Below, piece by piece: positions 41,976-52,516 of a DNA stretch of 64,000 nt. Location: NCBI GenBank assembly GCA_963703315.1, contig OY969811.1:1760001-1824000 (forward strand), written 5' to 3'. The stretch's first letter is position 1. Every line of letters starts with the position of its first letter. Under the pieces are notes generated by a model, which saw only the letters and a list, made by a program, of their open reading frames with translations, ran no database searches and was not told the origin of the DNA. The position numbers and the translations under genes were made by a program. This DNA is from an uncultured cyanobacterium (GTDB lineage Bacteria > Cyanobacteriota > Cyanobacteriia > Pseudanabaenales > Pseudanabaenaceae).

Positions 41976-42488
41976 ATGGGCAAAAACAAAGAAAAATCAA
42001 CCGATAAAGAGCTATCTAGTTCAATTAATATCGGTATCTCTGAAGACGATCGCAATGCGATCGCCGATGGACTTTCACGCTTACTCGCCGACACTTACAC
42101 CCTCTACCTCAAAACCCATAACTTCCATTGGAATGTTACTGGACCAATGTTTAATACCTTGCACCTGATGTTTGAAGGGCAATATACTGAACTTTCTCTA
42201 GCTGTCGATCTGATTGCTGAGCGCATTCGCTCCCTTGGCGTACCTGCTCCTGCTACCTATTCCGCCTATGCCAAGCTGACTTCAATTCCTGAAACGGAAG
42301 GAGTTCCTAAAGCAACAGAAATGATCAAGTTATTGGTCGAAGGGCAAGAAGCTGTAGTCCGCACAGCGCGTTCTATTTTTCCGATCGCCGAAAAAGCCAA
42401 TGATGAACCAACCGCAGATCTGTTAACTCAACGGATGCAGGTCCATGAAAAAACTGCATGGATGTTGAGAAGTTTGCTGGAAGAATAA
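41976..42488 (+). CDS. dps: Dps family DNA-protection / ferritin-like protein
   Basis: [37 protein letters not shown]. Confidence 0.95.
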   Translation: MGKNKEKSTDKELSSSINIGISEDDRNAIADGLSRLLADTYTLYLKTHNFHWNVTGPMFNTLHLMFEGQYTELSLAVDLIAERIRSLGVPAPATYSAYAKLTSIPETEGVPKATEMIKLLVEGQEAVVRTARSIFPIAEKANDEPTADLLTQRMQVHEKTAWMLRSLLEE

Positions 42489-42565
42489 CTATAATTTGTG
42501 CCACGCAAAGCGTGGCACAAATTACGATAGGATCAGCATTTAGAACGTAAGCATCTCCATCGAAG

Positions 42566-43744
42566 TTGAATAATCCGCTTTTTCTGATAGTTTTTCCCTT
42601 AGCATTTTTGCTGCTACAAGTCCCCTCGACACTTGTATTACTAAAACGCCTTAGCACGGCTCGCGATCGCACACCGCCGCTACTACCACTCGCTCCAGAA
42701 GCAGAAGTATTAGCTAAACAAAATCCGAACGTTTCCATCGTAATTCCGACTCTGAACGAGATTGATCGCTTGCCAACCTGTTTAGAAGGACTACGCGATC
42801 AGGCTGCTAAAGAAATTATTGTCGTGGATAGCCGATCGCAGGATGGCACACCCGAATATGTGCAGAAATTGCAACAGGATTTTCCAATTCCCTTAAAGCT
42901 AGTCACCGATGATCCTCTGCCCACAGGATGGGTGGGTCGCCCTTGGGCATTGCACACAGGATTTTTAAACAGTGATCCGACCAGCGAATGGATTCTCGGT
43001 ATTGATGCTGATACATTTCCCCAAAAAGGATTAGTAGCAAGTTTTGTCCAAAAAGCTACAGCCGACAACTTTGATATTGTGTCGCTGTCACCAAAATTTA
43101 TCCTCAAAACTGCTGGTGAACAATGGCTGCAACCTGCGCTATTAATTACCTTGATTTTTCGGTTTGGCGCAACAGGCGATCGCACTCAATTTACAGAAGA
43201 TCGGGTGATGGCAAATGGTCAATGTTTCCTATCAAAACGCGCCAAACTAGTGGAACTAAATGGCTATGAGCTTGCCAAGTCTTCATTTTGTGATGATGTC
43301 ACCCTTGCCAGAGCCGCCGCGCAAAAGGGTGCAAAAGTTGGATTTCTCGATGGTGCAGCTTTGATGCAAGTGCGGATGTATACCTCCATGCAGGAAACAT
43401 GGCGCGAATGGGGGCGATCGCTTGATCTTAAGGATGCATCCACACCGAGCCAAACCTTTGCGGATTGCCTATTACTGACTGCTACTCAAGGTTTACCGAT
43501 ACCCTTACTAACTACCCTCGCAATTTGGCAACCAGCACCATCGCTATTCATAAATACTCTTTTCTGGCTAAATGCCTTTTTAGTATTCATTCGCTGTCTA
43601 CTTGTATTGGGTATTCGCACTAGTTATACCGAAGTTGGCTTTTGGTTTTGGCTATCCCCCCTCGCCGATCCCTTTGCCGTAATTCGCATTTGGATTTCAG
43701 CACTGACCAAGCCCAAAAGCTGGCGTGGTCGGAGTTATGTGTAG
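42566..43744 (+). CDS. cruG: Family 2 glycosyltransferase, CruG-like (carotenoid glycosylation)
   Basis: IPTLNE, GWVGRPWAL, GIDAD, ANGQC, SFCDDVTLAR, WGRSLDLKD. Confidence 0.7.
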   Translation: MNNPLFLIVFPLAFLLLQVPSTLVLLKRLSTARDRTPPLLPLAPEAEVLAKQNPNVSIVIPTLNEIDRLPTCLEGLRDQAAKEIIVVDSRSQDGTPEYVQKLQQDFPIPLKLVTDDPLPTGWVGRPWALHTGFLNSDPTSEWILGIDADTFPQKGLVASFVQKATADNFDIVSLSPKFILKTAGEQWLQPALLITLIFRFGATGDRTQFTEDRVMANGQCFLSKRAKLVELNGYELAKSSFCDDVTLARAAAQKGAKVGFLDGAALMQVRMYTSMQETWREWGRSLDLKDASTPSQTFADCLLLTATQGLPIPLLTTLAIWQPAPSLFINTLFWLNAFLVFIRCLLVLGIRTSYTEVGFWFWLSPLADPFAVIRIWISALTKPKSWRGRSYV

Positions 43745-43781
43745 CTACTTACTTATGGTGAAATGATCGGCGAGTTAAGTT

Positions 43782-43806
43782 AATGTATATACAATATAGA
43801 TACATT
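43782..43806. promoter_or_regulatory. Candidate MazEF autoregulatory operator
   Basis: AATGTAT-ATACAATATAG-ATACATT palindrome just upstream of mazE. Confidence 0.5.
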
Positions 43807-43819
43807 GATGGTGATTTTT

Positions 43820-44062
43820 ATGACTGCGGCGATCGCGAAGTGGGGTAATAGTTTAGCTATACGCATTCCTCAAGCTATAGCCGAACAGGTGCAAATTCAA
43901 GCAGGAAGCGAAATCAGTATTGATATTATTGATGGCAAGATTGTTTTGACACCGCATCGACGTAAAAAATATACTCTAGATGAATTACTAGATGGCATGA
44001 CCTCTGAGCATCTCCATGCAGAAATTTCTACAGGTGTTTCTGTTGGTAATGAAGCATGGTAA
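43820..44062 (+). CDS. mazE: AbrB/MazE antitoxin
   Basis: KWGNSLAIRIP, YTLDELL, GNEAW. Confidence 0.92.
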   Translation: MTAAIAKWGNSLAIRIPQAIAEQVQIQAGSEISIDIIDGKIVLTPHRRKKYTLDELLDGMTSEHLHAEISTGVSVGNEAW

Positions 44063-44391
44063 AGCCATACATTCCCGATCGTGGTGATATTGTTTGGCTA
44101 GATTTCGATCCACAGGCTGGGCATGAACAATCTGGGCATCGTCCTGCTTTTGTGATTTCGCCGATCGCCTATAACCAAAGGTCAAGCTTGGCTCTGATTT
44201 GTCCGATTACTTCTAAATTTAAGGGATGGAAGTTTGAGGTTCTGCTCACGAATACCAAGACTAAGGGAGTGATTCTGGCTGATCAGATTAAGAGTTTGGA
44301 TTGGCAAGCGAGAAAGATAGATTTTATTGAGAAGGCTTCTGTAAATATTATTGATGAAGTTATCGGCAAAATTGAGGCGTTATTAACCTAG
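44056..44391 (+). CDS. mazF: MazF endoribonuclease toxin
   Basis: PDRGDIVWLDFDPQAGHEQSGHRPA, DQIKSLDW. Confidence 0.93.
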   Translation: MVKPYIPDRGDIVWLDFDPQAGHEQSGHRPAFVISPIAYNQRSSLALICPITSKFKGWKFEVLLTNTKTKGVILADQIKSLDWQARKIDFIEKASVNIIDEVIGKIEALLT

Positions 44392-44404
44392 TACTTAAAA
44401 AAAT

Positions 44405-46270
44405 ATGCAAGAGAAAATTAGATATACTGAAATACTTTTTCCTTCAGAAGCACCATTCTCAAATTATGTCGTTAATGAATCTAAACCACTATCACCATTA
44501 TCTCCAGTAAATATTTTCATAGGTTCAAATAATTGTGGAAAGAGTAGATTACTTCGTTCTTTATTTTCTCTAAATTATTTTAAGTACAAAACGAATCACT
44601 ACAATGCACTAAGCTATCATGATTTTTTGATGAAAATCAATCCAGAATTTCAATTTGCTTTTACTAATACATCCCAACCATTAACGGAAGTAGGAAGCAT
44701 TTCTATTAAATATATAGAGAATAAATTACGAGATCAAGACCCCAACTTTATTGATAGTAAGAATCCAATATATAAAGTTGCTGAAGATATTTTACAAACA
44801 CTTATTAATATTGACAAGACTACACATAAACAATTTGAAGTGTACACCTATCAAATTTGTAATATTGGTGAAAAATACAAGCATGAATTTGACGCACTTA
44901 ATGTTAATACAAAGTTAGGAGATGAGAAACGTTACTATATTCCTGTACTCAGAGGAATGCGTCCTCTAGATGTTGAAGATCAACATAAAAACTTCTATGG
45001 AGATAGAACAAAATGGGACTATTTTAAAAATAGTGATTCACTTACTGAAAAGATGCAAATATTTACAGGACTTGAGCTATATCAAAGCCTTAAAGAAAAA
45101 CTACTTGGTGAACCAGAAGAGAGACAACTAGTTAAAGAATTTGAAGATTTTTTGTCAGTTAGTTTCTTTGAGAGTAAATCAGTTACATTAATACCGAAGG
45201 AGAAAAGCCCCAAGGTAGTCCACATCAAAATTGGTAATGAGCCTCAATATCCTATTTACGAATTAGGTGATGGCTTACAAAATCTAATTATCTGTACATT
45301 TAATATTTTTACAGAAAAAGAAAGGTGTCTTTTCTTTATAGAAGAACCTGATATGTTTATGCATCCATCATTGCAAAGATCATTTTTAGAAGTGTTGTCA
45401 AAATATGATCAGCATCAATATTTCATCACTTCACACTCTAATCATTTTTTAGATATGACAATTGACTTTGCCAATACCTCAATATTCCATTTCTCTAAAC
45501 ACGAAGATACTCAACCACAGTTTCATATTCGCCCATCCTCACCACGCGATAGACAAATACTACTTGACTTAGGAGTAAGAAACTCATCTGTCTTTATTAC
45601 CAATGCAACAATTTGGGTTGAAGGGAAAACAGATCGCCTATATCTCAAAGCTTACATGAAGAAATACATTGATGAGTTAGAGCATAGCAATCCTGAAAAA
45701 TATAGTGAGTTAATTAAACTAAAAGAAGACTATCATTACTCATTTGTAGAATATCAAGGCGCAAATTTAACCCATTGGAGTTTCGATCCAGATGAAAAAG
45801 AAACAAAAGAGATTAAAGCTAGTTATGTTTGCGCCCATGCTTTTCTTATCGCTGACGGTGATGTAGCCACAAAAGGCGATCGCAAGGCAGTTTATACAGA
45901 TATGCTAGGCGATAGATTTTATCTTCTTGAAGTAAAGGAAATTGAGAACCTTCTACCAGTTGAAATACTAAGAGAAATAGTTGCCAATAAGTTTGAGAAT
46001 CATCAAGGAGATATAAACTCCATCAATTACAAAAATTACTCAAAACCTAAGATTGCTTTAGGAAAGTATCTTGATAGTCTTTTACCACAGCCACTAGAGA
46101 AGCCAGTTTTTGCTGAAAAATCTGGAACAATCAAAGCAAAAGGTACATTCTGTGATGATGCAGTCAAACTTATACAAGATCCTAAATGGTCATTAAAAAA
46201 CTATCCCAAAATTAAAAGTCTCTGTCAGAAAATTTTTGACCATATAATCACCCAAAACAAGAATTCTTAA
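44405..46270 (+). CDS. OLD-family ATP-dependent nuclease (ABC ATPase + TOPRIM)
   Basis: GSNNCGKS, LGDGLQN, FFIEEPD, ITSHS; TOPRIM IWVEGKTD and ADGD. Confidence 0.8.
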   Translation: MQEKIRYTEILFPSEAPFSNYVVNESKPLSPLSPVNIFIGSNNCGKSRLLRSLFSLNYFKYKTNHYNALSYHDFLMKINPEFQFAFTNTSQPLTEVGSISIKYIENKLRDQDPNFIDSKNPIYKVAEDILQTLINIDKTTHKQFEVYTYQICNIGEKYKHEFDALNVNTKLGDEKRYYIPVLRGMRPLDVEDQHKNFYGDRTKWDYFKNSDSLTEKMQIFTGLELYQSLKEKLLGEPEERQLVKEFEDFLSVSFFESKSVTLIPKEKSPKVVHIKIGNEPQYPIYELGDGLQNLIICTFNIFTEKERCLFFIEEPDMFMHPSLQRSFLEVLSKYDQHQYFITSHSNHFLDMTIDFANTSIFHFSKHEDTQPQFHIRPSSPRDRQILLDLGVRNSSVFITNATIWVEGKTDRLYLKAYMKKYIDELEHSNPEKYSELIKLKEDYHYSFVEYQGANLTHWSFDPDEKETKEIKASYVCAHAFLIADGDVATKGDRKAVYTDMLGDRFYLLEVKEIENLLPVEILREIVANKFENHQGDINSINYKNYSKPKIALGKYLDSLLPQPLEKPVFAEKSGTIKAKGTFCDDAVKLIQDPKWSLKNYPKIKSLCQKIFDHIITQNKNS

Positions 46271-46295
46271 AATTAAATGAGTGAGGATAAAAAAC

Positions 46296-46511
46296 ATGAA
46301 AGCGATCGCTATTCAAGTAGATGAAGACATTGCTAGAGAATACAATAAAACAACTCCAGAGCAACGTAAAAGAATTGAATCCCTCTTCACTCTATTGGTT
46401 CAACAGGAGCTAAAAAAAATATCTCTCATGCAAATCATGGATGATATATCAGACGAAGCCGCACGAAATGGGCTAACTCCTGAAATATTAGAATCAATCC
46501 TTGCTGATTAA
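46296..46511 (+). CDS. Small antitoxin-like protein (orphan)
   Basis: MDDISDEAARNGLTPEILESIL, a motif resembling PIN-associated antitoxins. Confidence 0.6.
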   Translation: MKAIAIQVDEDIAREYNKTTPEQRKRIESLFTLLVQQELKKISLMQIMDDISDEAARNGLTPEILESILAD

Positions 46512-46721
46512 GACTAACTGCAATTATTTCTGTATCAGATTATTTGAGCTTGTAGTGATTAAGCGATCGCACCTTCGGCATCATTAGTGATCGCTTAAAT
46601 TTGTCATCACAAATTAGTAAGGCGATCTCAATGATTTCGAGTCAAAAGTCTAAAATACTTTCGTTAAGGTGACTAACGAACTAGCGCTATTTTTCCACCT
46701 TAACAATTTAAAGCTTTGAAT

Positions 46722-47534
46722 CTAGAAAAACATTACTCGACTATCAAAACCTTGACGACGGATGGTACTGCTAAGAGTCTCGGCACTACCCCGATCAGGG
46801 TAGCCCTGCACCTCAATATAAGTGCCCCGATGGGAAGAACGTAATTGAGCATTTGGCGCGATCGCTTGCACTCGTTGCAACTCAGCTACTAAGTTCGTGG
46901 GAATAATCACAAAATATCTTAACTGTGAGCCATTCGGATTATTAGACGCAGGGATTGCAGCAATACTTTGAGTCACGATTGGTTGACTCTGTGTAGGAAT
47001 TGGTTGAGGCGATCGCACAATTTCGATCGCATTACTATTAGGAAATTCGGAACTAGGGACACCAGGTAACTGATCATTTACCCGTGAATTGGGAATCGGA
47101 ATCGAATCCAAGGGAATTGGTGCAGACGAAATCGGAAGATTGTTGGAAATAGGTGGGACAGAACTTACAGGAACAGAAGCAACATTGGTAATCTTGCCCT
47201 GTACCGTTTTAATTTGGGGCGCAAGTCCTGCTTGGGTAAACTGAGTAGCTCGGCGTTGCGCCAAATTTAGGTTATTGTAGCGTCCTAACTGCACCACCTG
47301 CTCACCCGTATCCAAACGACTAACAAAAGCATCAGGAGCTAATATCTTTGCCTGTTTAAGATTTGCCACATTGGGCAGATATAACAGATATTGGGCAGAT
47401 GTTGATGGTGCAACTGGTAAAGAATCATTAGGGAAAGACTGTGCCTGAGCAGGGTCACTAAAGCTGATATTGCTAATACTCAACAGAGATACTAGTCCGA
47501 GGGCAAAAAGAGGTGTGTGTGTGTGGAGTCTCAT
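46722..47534 (-). CDS. Secreted protein with two SPOR-like domains and a Pro/Ser linker
   Basis: Signal peptide ..AQA; VQLGRYNNLNLAQ; IEVQGYPDRGSAE..RRQGF. Confidence 0.6.
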   Translation of the reverse strand: MRLHTHTPLFALGLVSLLSISNISFSDPAQAQSFPNDSLPVAPSTSAQYLLYLPNVANLKQAKILAPDAFVSRLDTGEQVVQLGRYNNLNLAQRRATQFTQAGLAPQIKTVQGKITNVASVPVSSVPPISNNLPISSAPIPLDSIPIPNSRVNDQLPGVPSSEFPNSNAIEIVRSPQPIPTQSQPIVTQSIAAIPASNNPNGSQLRYFVIIPTNLVAELQRVQAIAPNAQLRSSHRGTYIEVQGYPDRGSAETLSSTIRRQGFDSRVMFF

Positions 47535-47635
47535 GTGCTTGCCAAGTGTAGAGAAAAAACGAAATTGGGCGCGATTGTACCATACTCTACAAGACTCGCA
47601 TAATCTCTTTTGGTTGAATATTTTAGTTATATAGA

Positions 47636-47733
47636 TAAGTAGCTAGTCATAAGTAAACTTAAACCCTAGAAGCTTGTGCCGCCCGCTACGCGGGCGGCAC
47701 AAGCTCTGGTTTTGGGTTTTAGCCGAGCTACTT
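47636..47733. mobile_element. MITE-like family B, divergent copy
   Basis: TAAGTAGCT...AGCTACTT ends; GCCGCCCGC-TAC-GCGGGCGGC hairpin. Confidence 0.6.
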
Positions 47734-47905
47734 CGTGCGCCCCGCACCACTACTTCTTGACTGGGAAGGGAGGAATATTTATGGAGAGTCAGCGAATTAT
47801 ACGCTTGCGAGATTATGATTAGGTTTGAAAAAATTAAAATGCTGAAGACACGCTTTGCCTGTCTTAGTTCGACATCCGATGTTTCTATACTAAATAACCG
47901 AAATC

Positions 47906-49294
47906 ATGGCAGTAGATCTGACCCGCGTTCAACCACCTCTCAAAGTTTATCCGCCTAAAGCCAATCAATTTATATTGAAAATCATACGGCTGTTAACGCC
48001 TTTTTGGTTGCGCTGGCAATGTGGCATCACCCAGATTGAAACCCGTTATATCGATCGCCTTGTCGAAGCCACCAAAAAGTTTCAGGATGGTAAATCGCGG
48101 TATATGCTGGCTTTCCGTCATCCTACTACCGATGATCCCTTTGCTATGTTGTATTTGCTAGCCTACGCCGTACCAGAACAGGCGCGAGATATGGGCATTA
48201 AGCTCACAACTAAGCCCCATAGCGGCTTTGTGTACGATCGCGGTATTTCTCTATGGGCTGGGGATTATATTAATTGGCTATTTCCTGCATTGGGCGGGAT
48301 TTCCATATTTCGCGGTAAGCTCGATCGCCCTGCCCTTACCCTGATGCGTAAGCAAATTACCAATGGTGATTCACCCCTGTCGATGGCTCCTGAGGGTGGA
48401 ACCAATGGCAAGAGCGAAACCGTTGCCGAGCTAGAACCGGGGATTGCTCAGATTGGTTTTTGGGCGGCTGAGGATCTGCAAAAAGAAGGGCGCAGCGAAG
48501 AAATGCTGATTATTCCTGTGGGGATTCAGTACGAATACGCAACTACGGCTTGGGGCAAAATCGATCAGACGATCACTACGATTGAAAAAGAATGTGGTGT
48601 TAGTAAGCCTGCGATTACATCTGAGACGCGCTATCAAAGACTTTACGATTTGGGTAGCTACTTAGTGCAGTGGGTTAGCGACTATTACAAAGCGTTTTAT
48701 GCTGGCTATGTCAAGGTTAACAATGACAATACTAATCCTGATAATTTGGCAGCGAATTTGCAGGAGCTAGCCGATCGCATTTTGAGCGTTTCAGAAATGA
48801 ATTTTGGGATTAAAGCTAAGGGTTCACCGATTGATCGTTGTCGCCGCCTTGAGCAAGCAGGATGGGATCGAATTTTTCGCAATGACCTCAACAAGCCCAT
48901 TGAAGATCTATCGGAAATAGAGCGTGGTTTTGCTGATCAGATCGCCCTAGAGGCAAGCTATAGCAATTGGCATATGCGAATCGCAGAAAGTATTATCGGT
49001 GTCACTAGTGACTATGTGCGTCAACATCCTAGCCCTAGTCGTTATATTGAAGTACTGAAATTAATGTGGAGCGTATTACAGCGCGTCACTGAGCGTAATT
49101 CTGATTCGGTTTTTAAAGAAACTCCTAATTTTGGCGATCGCAAATTAACAATTTCCGTTGCTGAACCTCTGTCCGTTTCAGAGCGTCTAGCTGACTACCA
49201 ATCTAGTCGAGCATCCGCTAAAGAATCCACCCGTAAGCTCACCGAAGAAATTCATGAAGCGATGAAAAATTTAGTCATTCCCTCAGTTCTATAA
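47906..49294 (+). CDS. Phospholipid/glycerol acyltransferase family protein
   Basis: FRHPTTDD (HxxxxD), SIFRG, MAPEGG, IIPVGIQY. Confidence 0.82.
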   Translation: MAVDLTRVQPPLKVYPPKANQFILKIIRLLTPFWLRWQCGITQIETRYIDRLVEATKKFQDGKSRYMLAFRHPTTDDPFAMLYLLAYAVPEQARDMGIKLTTKPHSGFVYDRGISLWAGDYINWLFPALGGISIFRGKLDRPALTLMRKQITNGDSPLSMAPEGGTNGKSETVAELEPGIAQIGFWAAEDLQKEGRSEEMLIIPVGIQYEYATTAWGKIDQTITTIEKECGVSKPAITSETRYQRLYDLGSYLVQWVSDYYKAFYAGYVKVNNDNTNPDNLAANLQELADRILSVSEMNFGIKAKGSPIDRCRRLEQAGWDRIFRNDLNKPIEDLSEIERGFADQIALEASYSNWHMRIAESIIGVTSDYVRQHPSPSRYIEVLKLMWSVLQRVTERNSDSVFKETPNFGDRKLTISVAEPLSVSERLADYQSSRASAKESTRKLTEEIHEAMKNLVIPSVL

Positions 49295-49319
49295 AAAAGC
49301 GCCGCTTCGCGGCGCTTTT

Positions 49320-50345
49320 TTATACATATAAACTTTGGCAATCTTCGAGATTAAGGCGCGATCGCGTGGCAATACTCATCGATGAAGTTTCGCCCCTTGC
49401 AAGGTGAATCGCTCCTGCACAGCCAATCATCGCCGCGTTATCTGTACATAGACTCAAGGGTGGAAAGATGGCGCGAAGATGATTTTCCTTAGCCATTGTC
49501 ACCAAGCGCGATCGCAAAGCACTATTAGCTGCCACCCCACCAACCGCCACAATGGTCGATAAATTATGCTCAACGGCGCATTTAATTGTGCGGTTAGCCA
49601 GAGCCGCCGCCACAGTTTCTTGAAAACTGGCGGCAATATCGGCGATCGGTAATGCTTCGCCATTGGGACTTAGCTTTTGGGTTAAGCGCAACACTGCCGT
49701 TTTTAAGCCGCTAAAACTAGAATCATAGGGAAAATCGGGAATTCTGCCCTGTGGTAACTTGTAAGCTTTGGGATTGCCAGAGCCAGCAATTTTATCAATT
49801 GCGGGTCCTCCCGGATAGCCTAAACCAAGTAATCGCGCCACTTTATCAAAAGCCTCACCCGCCGCATCATCGCGAGTTTTACCCATCACCTGATAGTCGG
49901 TGTAGTCCTTCACCAAAATAATGCTGCTATGTCCACCTGAGACTAATAAACATAAAAATGGTGGCTCCAAAGTCGGATCAGCCAGCAAAGCTGAACAAAT
50001 ATGTCCCTCAAGGTGATGCACGGCAATTAAGGGCTTTTGATGCAGCATTGCCAAGGTTTTTGCTGCTGTCACCCCGATCATTAATGAGCCAATTAACCCC
50101 GGAGCCGTCGTCACCGCAATCCCGTCAATATCTGCCCATGTTTTACCAGATTCGCGATAGGCTTGGGCGATCGCAGGATTAATCGTCTCTACGTGTTGAC
50201 GCGCGGCAATCTCTGGCACAACCCCACCATAGAGCGCATGGGTTTGAATTTGCGACGAAACCACGCTACTAAGAATTTGGCGATCGCATACCACCGCCGC
50301 CGCAGTTTCATCACAGCTAGATTCGATCGCAAGAATAGTTGGCAT
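49320..50345 (-). CDS. tsaD: tRNA t6A threonylcarbamoyltransferase
   Basis: [37 protein letters not shown]. Confidence 0.97.
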   Translation of the reverse strand: MPTILAIESSCDETAAAVVCDRQILSSVVSSQIQTHALYGGVVPEIAARQHVETINPAIAQAYRESGKTWADIDGIAVTTAPGLIGSLMIGVTAAKTLAMLHQKPLIAVHHLEGHICSALLADPTLEPPFLCLLVSGGHSSIILVKDYTDYQVMGKTRDDAAGEAFDKVARLLGLGYPGGPAIDKIAGSGNPKAYKLPQGRIPDFPYDSSFSGLKTAVLRLTQKLSPNGEALPIADIAASFQETVAAALANRTIKCAVEHNLSTIVAVGGVAANSALRSRLVTMAKENHLRAIFPPLSLCTDNAAMIGCAGAIHLARGETSSMSIATRSRLNLEDCQSLYV

Positions 50346-50537
50346 TTCTAAACAAAATTAAGATGATCTAACTGCCGCTAAGCGGCAGTTAGATCATCTT
50401 AATTGATAACTTACTTTACAGGATGTGAAGATTGCTTTACCAAGGCGCGATCGCTGATATACGATCTGAGGCTAAGTTCTCAAACGAAAATATCGTTATT
50501 TTTGCCTATCTTAACAAAGGTAAATTAAGGTCAGTCC

Positions 50538-51113
50538 ATGAAAAGACTTTTTGCTCTCATTCTAGTTATTAGCTTGTGGTTTGGCGTAAGCCTTGCTGCA
50601 ACCCCTGCTGCTTATGCAGAATTCTCATTTAACGCTTTGACTCCCTGTGCTACTTCCTCTGCTTTCCAAGATCGCTTGGCATCAGAAGTTGATGGCTACA
50701 ACGCACGTCTAGCTAACTTCAAAGCTGGTAGCGGCTCGGCGGCATACCTCAACGGTAAAATCGCTCAAACCAAAGCTCGCTTTGCTAAGTATGCTGACTC
50801 TGGCTTGCTCTGCGGTGACGATGGTCTACCTCACTTGATCACCGATGGTCGTTTGGATCGCTTGGGCGAATTCGCGATTCCTTCCTTGATGTTCCTATAC
50901 ATCGCTGGTTGGATCGGCTGGGTAGGTCGTAGCTACTTGATCGCTATCCGCAAGGATGTGGCAACTGCTGCTCAAAAGGAAATCCTCATCGATCTTCCTC
51001 TTGCTGTTAAGTTTTCATTGACTGGCTTTGCATGGCCTCTTCTTGCACTTAAAGAGTTTGGCTCTGGTGAACTCGTAGTTCCTGAAAACGAAGTTACCGT
51101 TTCGCCTCGCTAG
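50538..51113 (+). CDS. psaF: Photosystem I subunit III
   Basis: [37 protein letters not shown]. Confidence 0.97.
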   Translation: MKRLFALILVISLWFGVSLAATPAAYAEFSFNALTPCATSSAFQDRLASEVDGYNARLANFKAGSGSAAYLNGKIAQTKARFAKYADSGLLCGDDGLPHLITDGRLDRLGEFAIPSLMFLYIAGWIGWVGRSYLIAIRKDVATAAQKEILIDLPLAVKFSLTGFAWPLLALKEFGSGELVVPENEVTVSPR

Positions 51114-51211
51114 TTTCTAGCGATCGCTTACCCACTTCTCCAGAGTTTTTTTTAACAACGTTTAGAAAACTCTGGAGAGATATTCCAAAACTATCTAAAA
51201 GGAGAACTCCA

Positions 51212-51328
51212 TTGAACGGTTTTTTATCATCTGCTCCTGTAGTAGCTGCTGTATGGCTGACCATTACTGCTGGTATCTTAATTGAAGCTAATCGCTTTTT
51301 CCCAGATACCCTCACCTTCCCTTTCTAA
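51212..51328 (+). CDS. psaJ: Photosystem I subunit IX (38 aa, not in ORF track)
   Basis: TTG start after [43 protein letters not shown]; follows psaF. Confidence 0.93.
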   Translation: MNGFLSSAPVVAAVWLTITAGILIEANRFFPDTLTFPF

Positions 51329-51345
51329 ATCTTTGATTTAAATCA

Positions 51346-51390
51346 ACAAAATAGGAGTTGCGCTACTAAGTAGTGCAACTCCTATTTTGT
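51346..51390 (+). terminator. psaFJ terminator
   Basis: ACAAAATAGGAGTTGCGCTAC-TAA-GTAGTGCAACTCCTATTTTGT followed by a T-tract. Confidence 0.65.
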
Positions 51391-51597
51391 TTTTGATCAT
51401 CTTTCAACTATAAGGATCTCAGTTGCCCTCTTTAACTAACTTCACCTATTTACCTAGATGTAGTGATATTTTTCAGCACGGTAAGCTTAATGATTAACTC
51501 TTATATGATCGCGTACCCTATCTAGCAATTTCCGAGGTAGTGACTCAGTTTGCACGGTGAAATTATAAAGAAACTAATCCAAATAATATATGACATT

Positions 51598-51723
51598 ATC
51601 ATCTTATACAAGATATTATACAGAAAAAATTTGTATAATATCTTGTATAAGATGATTAAATGAAAACTTGACATTCAGCCTATATTCTTTATAATTATAT
51701 TTATACGGAAAAATTCTGTATAA
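51598..51723 (+). promoter_or_regulatory. Consensus sigma70 promoter flanked by palindromic operators
   Basis: TTGACA (51668)-N16-TATAAT (51690); TTATAC-N11-GTATAA at 51616-51638 and 51701-51723. Confidence 0.65.
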
Positions 51724-51773
51724 ATACATTGTAGTTTGCTTCACACTTAGTCCTTTGTAAATAGAGATACGGC

Positions 51774-52409
51774 ATGATTAAAGTACTTCCAATTTTTACT
51801 TTTTTAGCCATGGTTGCTTTCGGCAATAGTGCAGCTTTAGGCTTTACCCTAGTTAATTCAGAACTAAAACTTCGCACTCAAGCACAATTAAACCCAACAA
51901 CTCAACTATTTGTGACTTCATTCCCTGCATCTGCAGTTGTTAGCGAATCAACTGTAGAGTTCCCAAATGTTGATAGCTTGTTTGACCCTAGTACTGGTGT
52001 TCCTCCAGGATTTGCTAACTCTCTTGTAAACGTTTCGATTGATGCTGGCGTAGATTACCTTGCAATCGATTTTGATAACGCGGGATTTGGTAGATTTGCG
52101 ACTGCATTTCAGAATACTTATGTATTTTCGTTCACTGTGCCTACCGCTCTGCAAATTACAGATGTTTTGATCGACCCAAGCACTAATCTTGGTCTAACAC
52201 CTAATCGAGTGACATTTGAAGGCAATGAACTGTTTGTGAACGTTCAGGGTTTGTTCTTTAACCCCAACTCATTTGCTCGTGTTAACTTAAATGGCACTAT
52301 AACTCCTAAACCAGTTCCTACACCTAGTTTTGTGCTTGGATTGAGCATTGCGGCATTGGGTGGAGCTATGCTCAAACGGCACACCAAGCGTAAGGCATTG
52401 GTCAGCTAA
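51774..52409 (+). CDS. PEP-CTERM-like (VPTP) sorted surface protein
   Basis: Signal peptide; C-terminal KPVPTPS + hydrophobic TM + basic tail KRHTKRK. Confidence 0.8.
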   Translation: MIKVLPIFTFLAMVAFGNSAALGFTLVNSELKLRTQAQLNPTTQLFVTSFPASAVVSESTVEFPNVDSLFDPSTGVPPGFANSLVNVSIDAGVDYLAIDFDNAGFGRFATAFQNTYVFSFTVPTALQITDVLIDPSTNLGLTPNRVTFEGNELFVNVQGLFFNPNSFARVNLNGTITPKPVPTPSFVLGLSIAALGGAMLKRHTKRKALVS

Positions 52410-52516
52410 TGAGCGATGAGGGCTGAAAAGCCCATTTCATGCCGCCAAAATTAGGAATATGTACAATGCCACTCATTACAAACCATAGATGTTTTCCGTA
52501 TGTAGAATGAAAATAT

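Noticed and set aside
51094..51315. 73-aa ORF on the - strand
   Set aside because: Antisense to psaJ, which is the real gene here.
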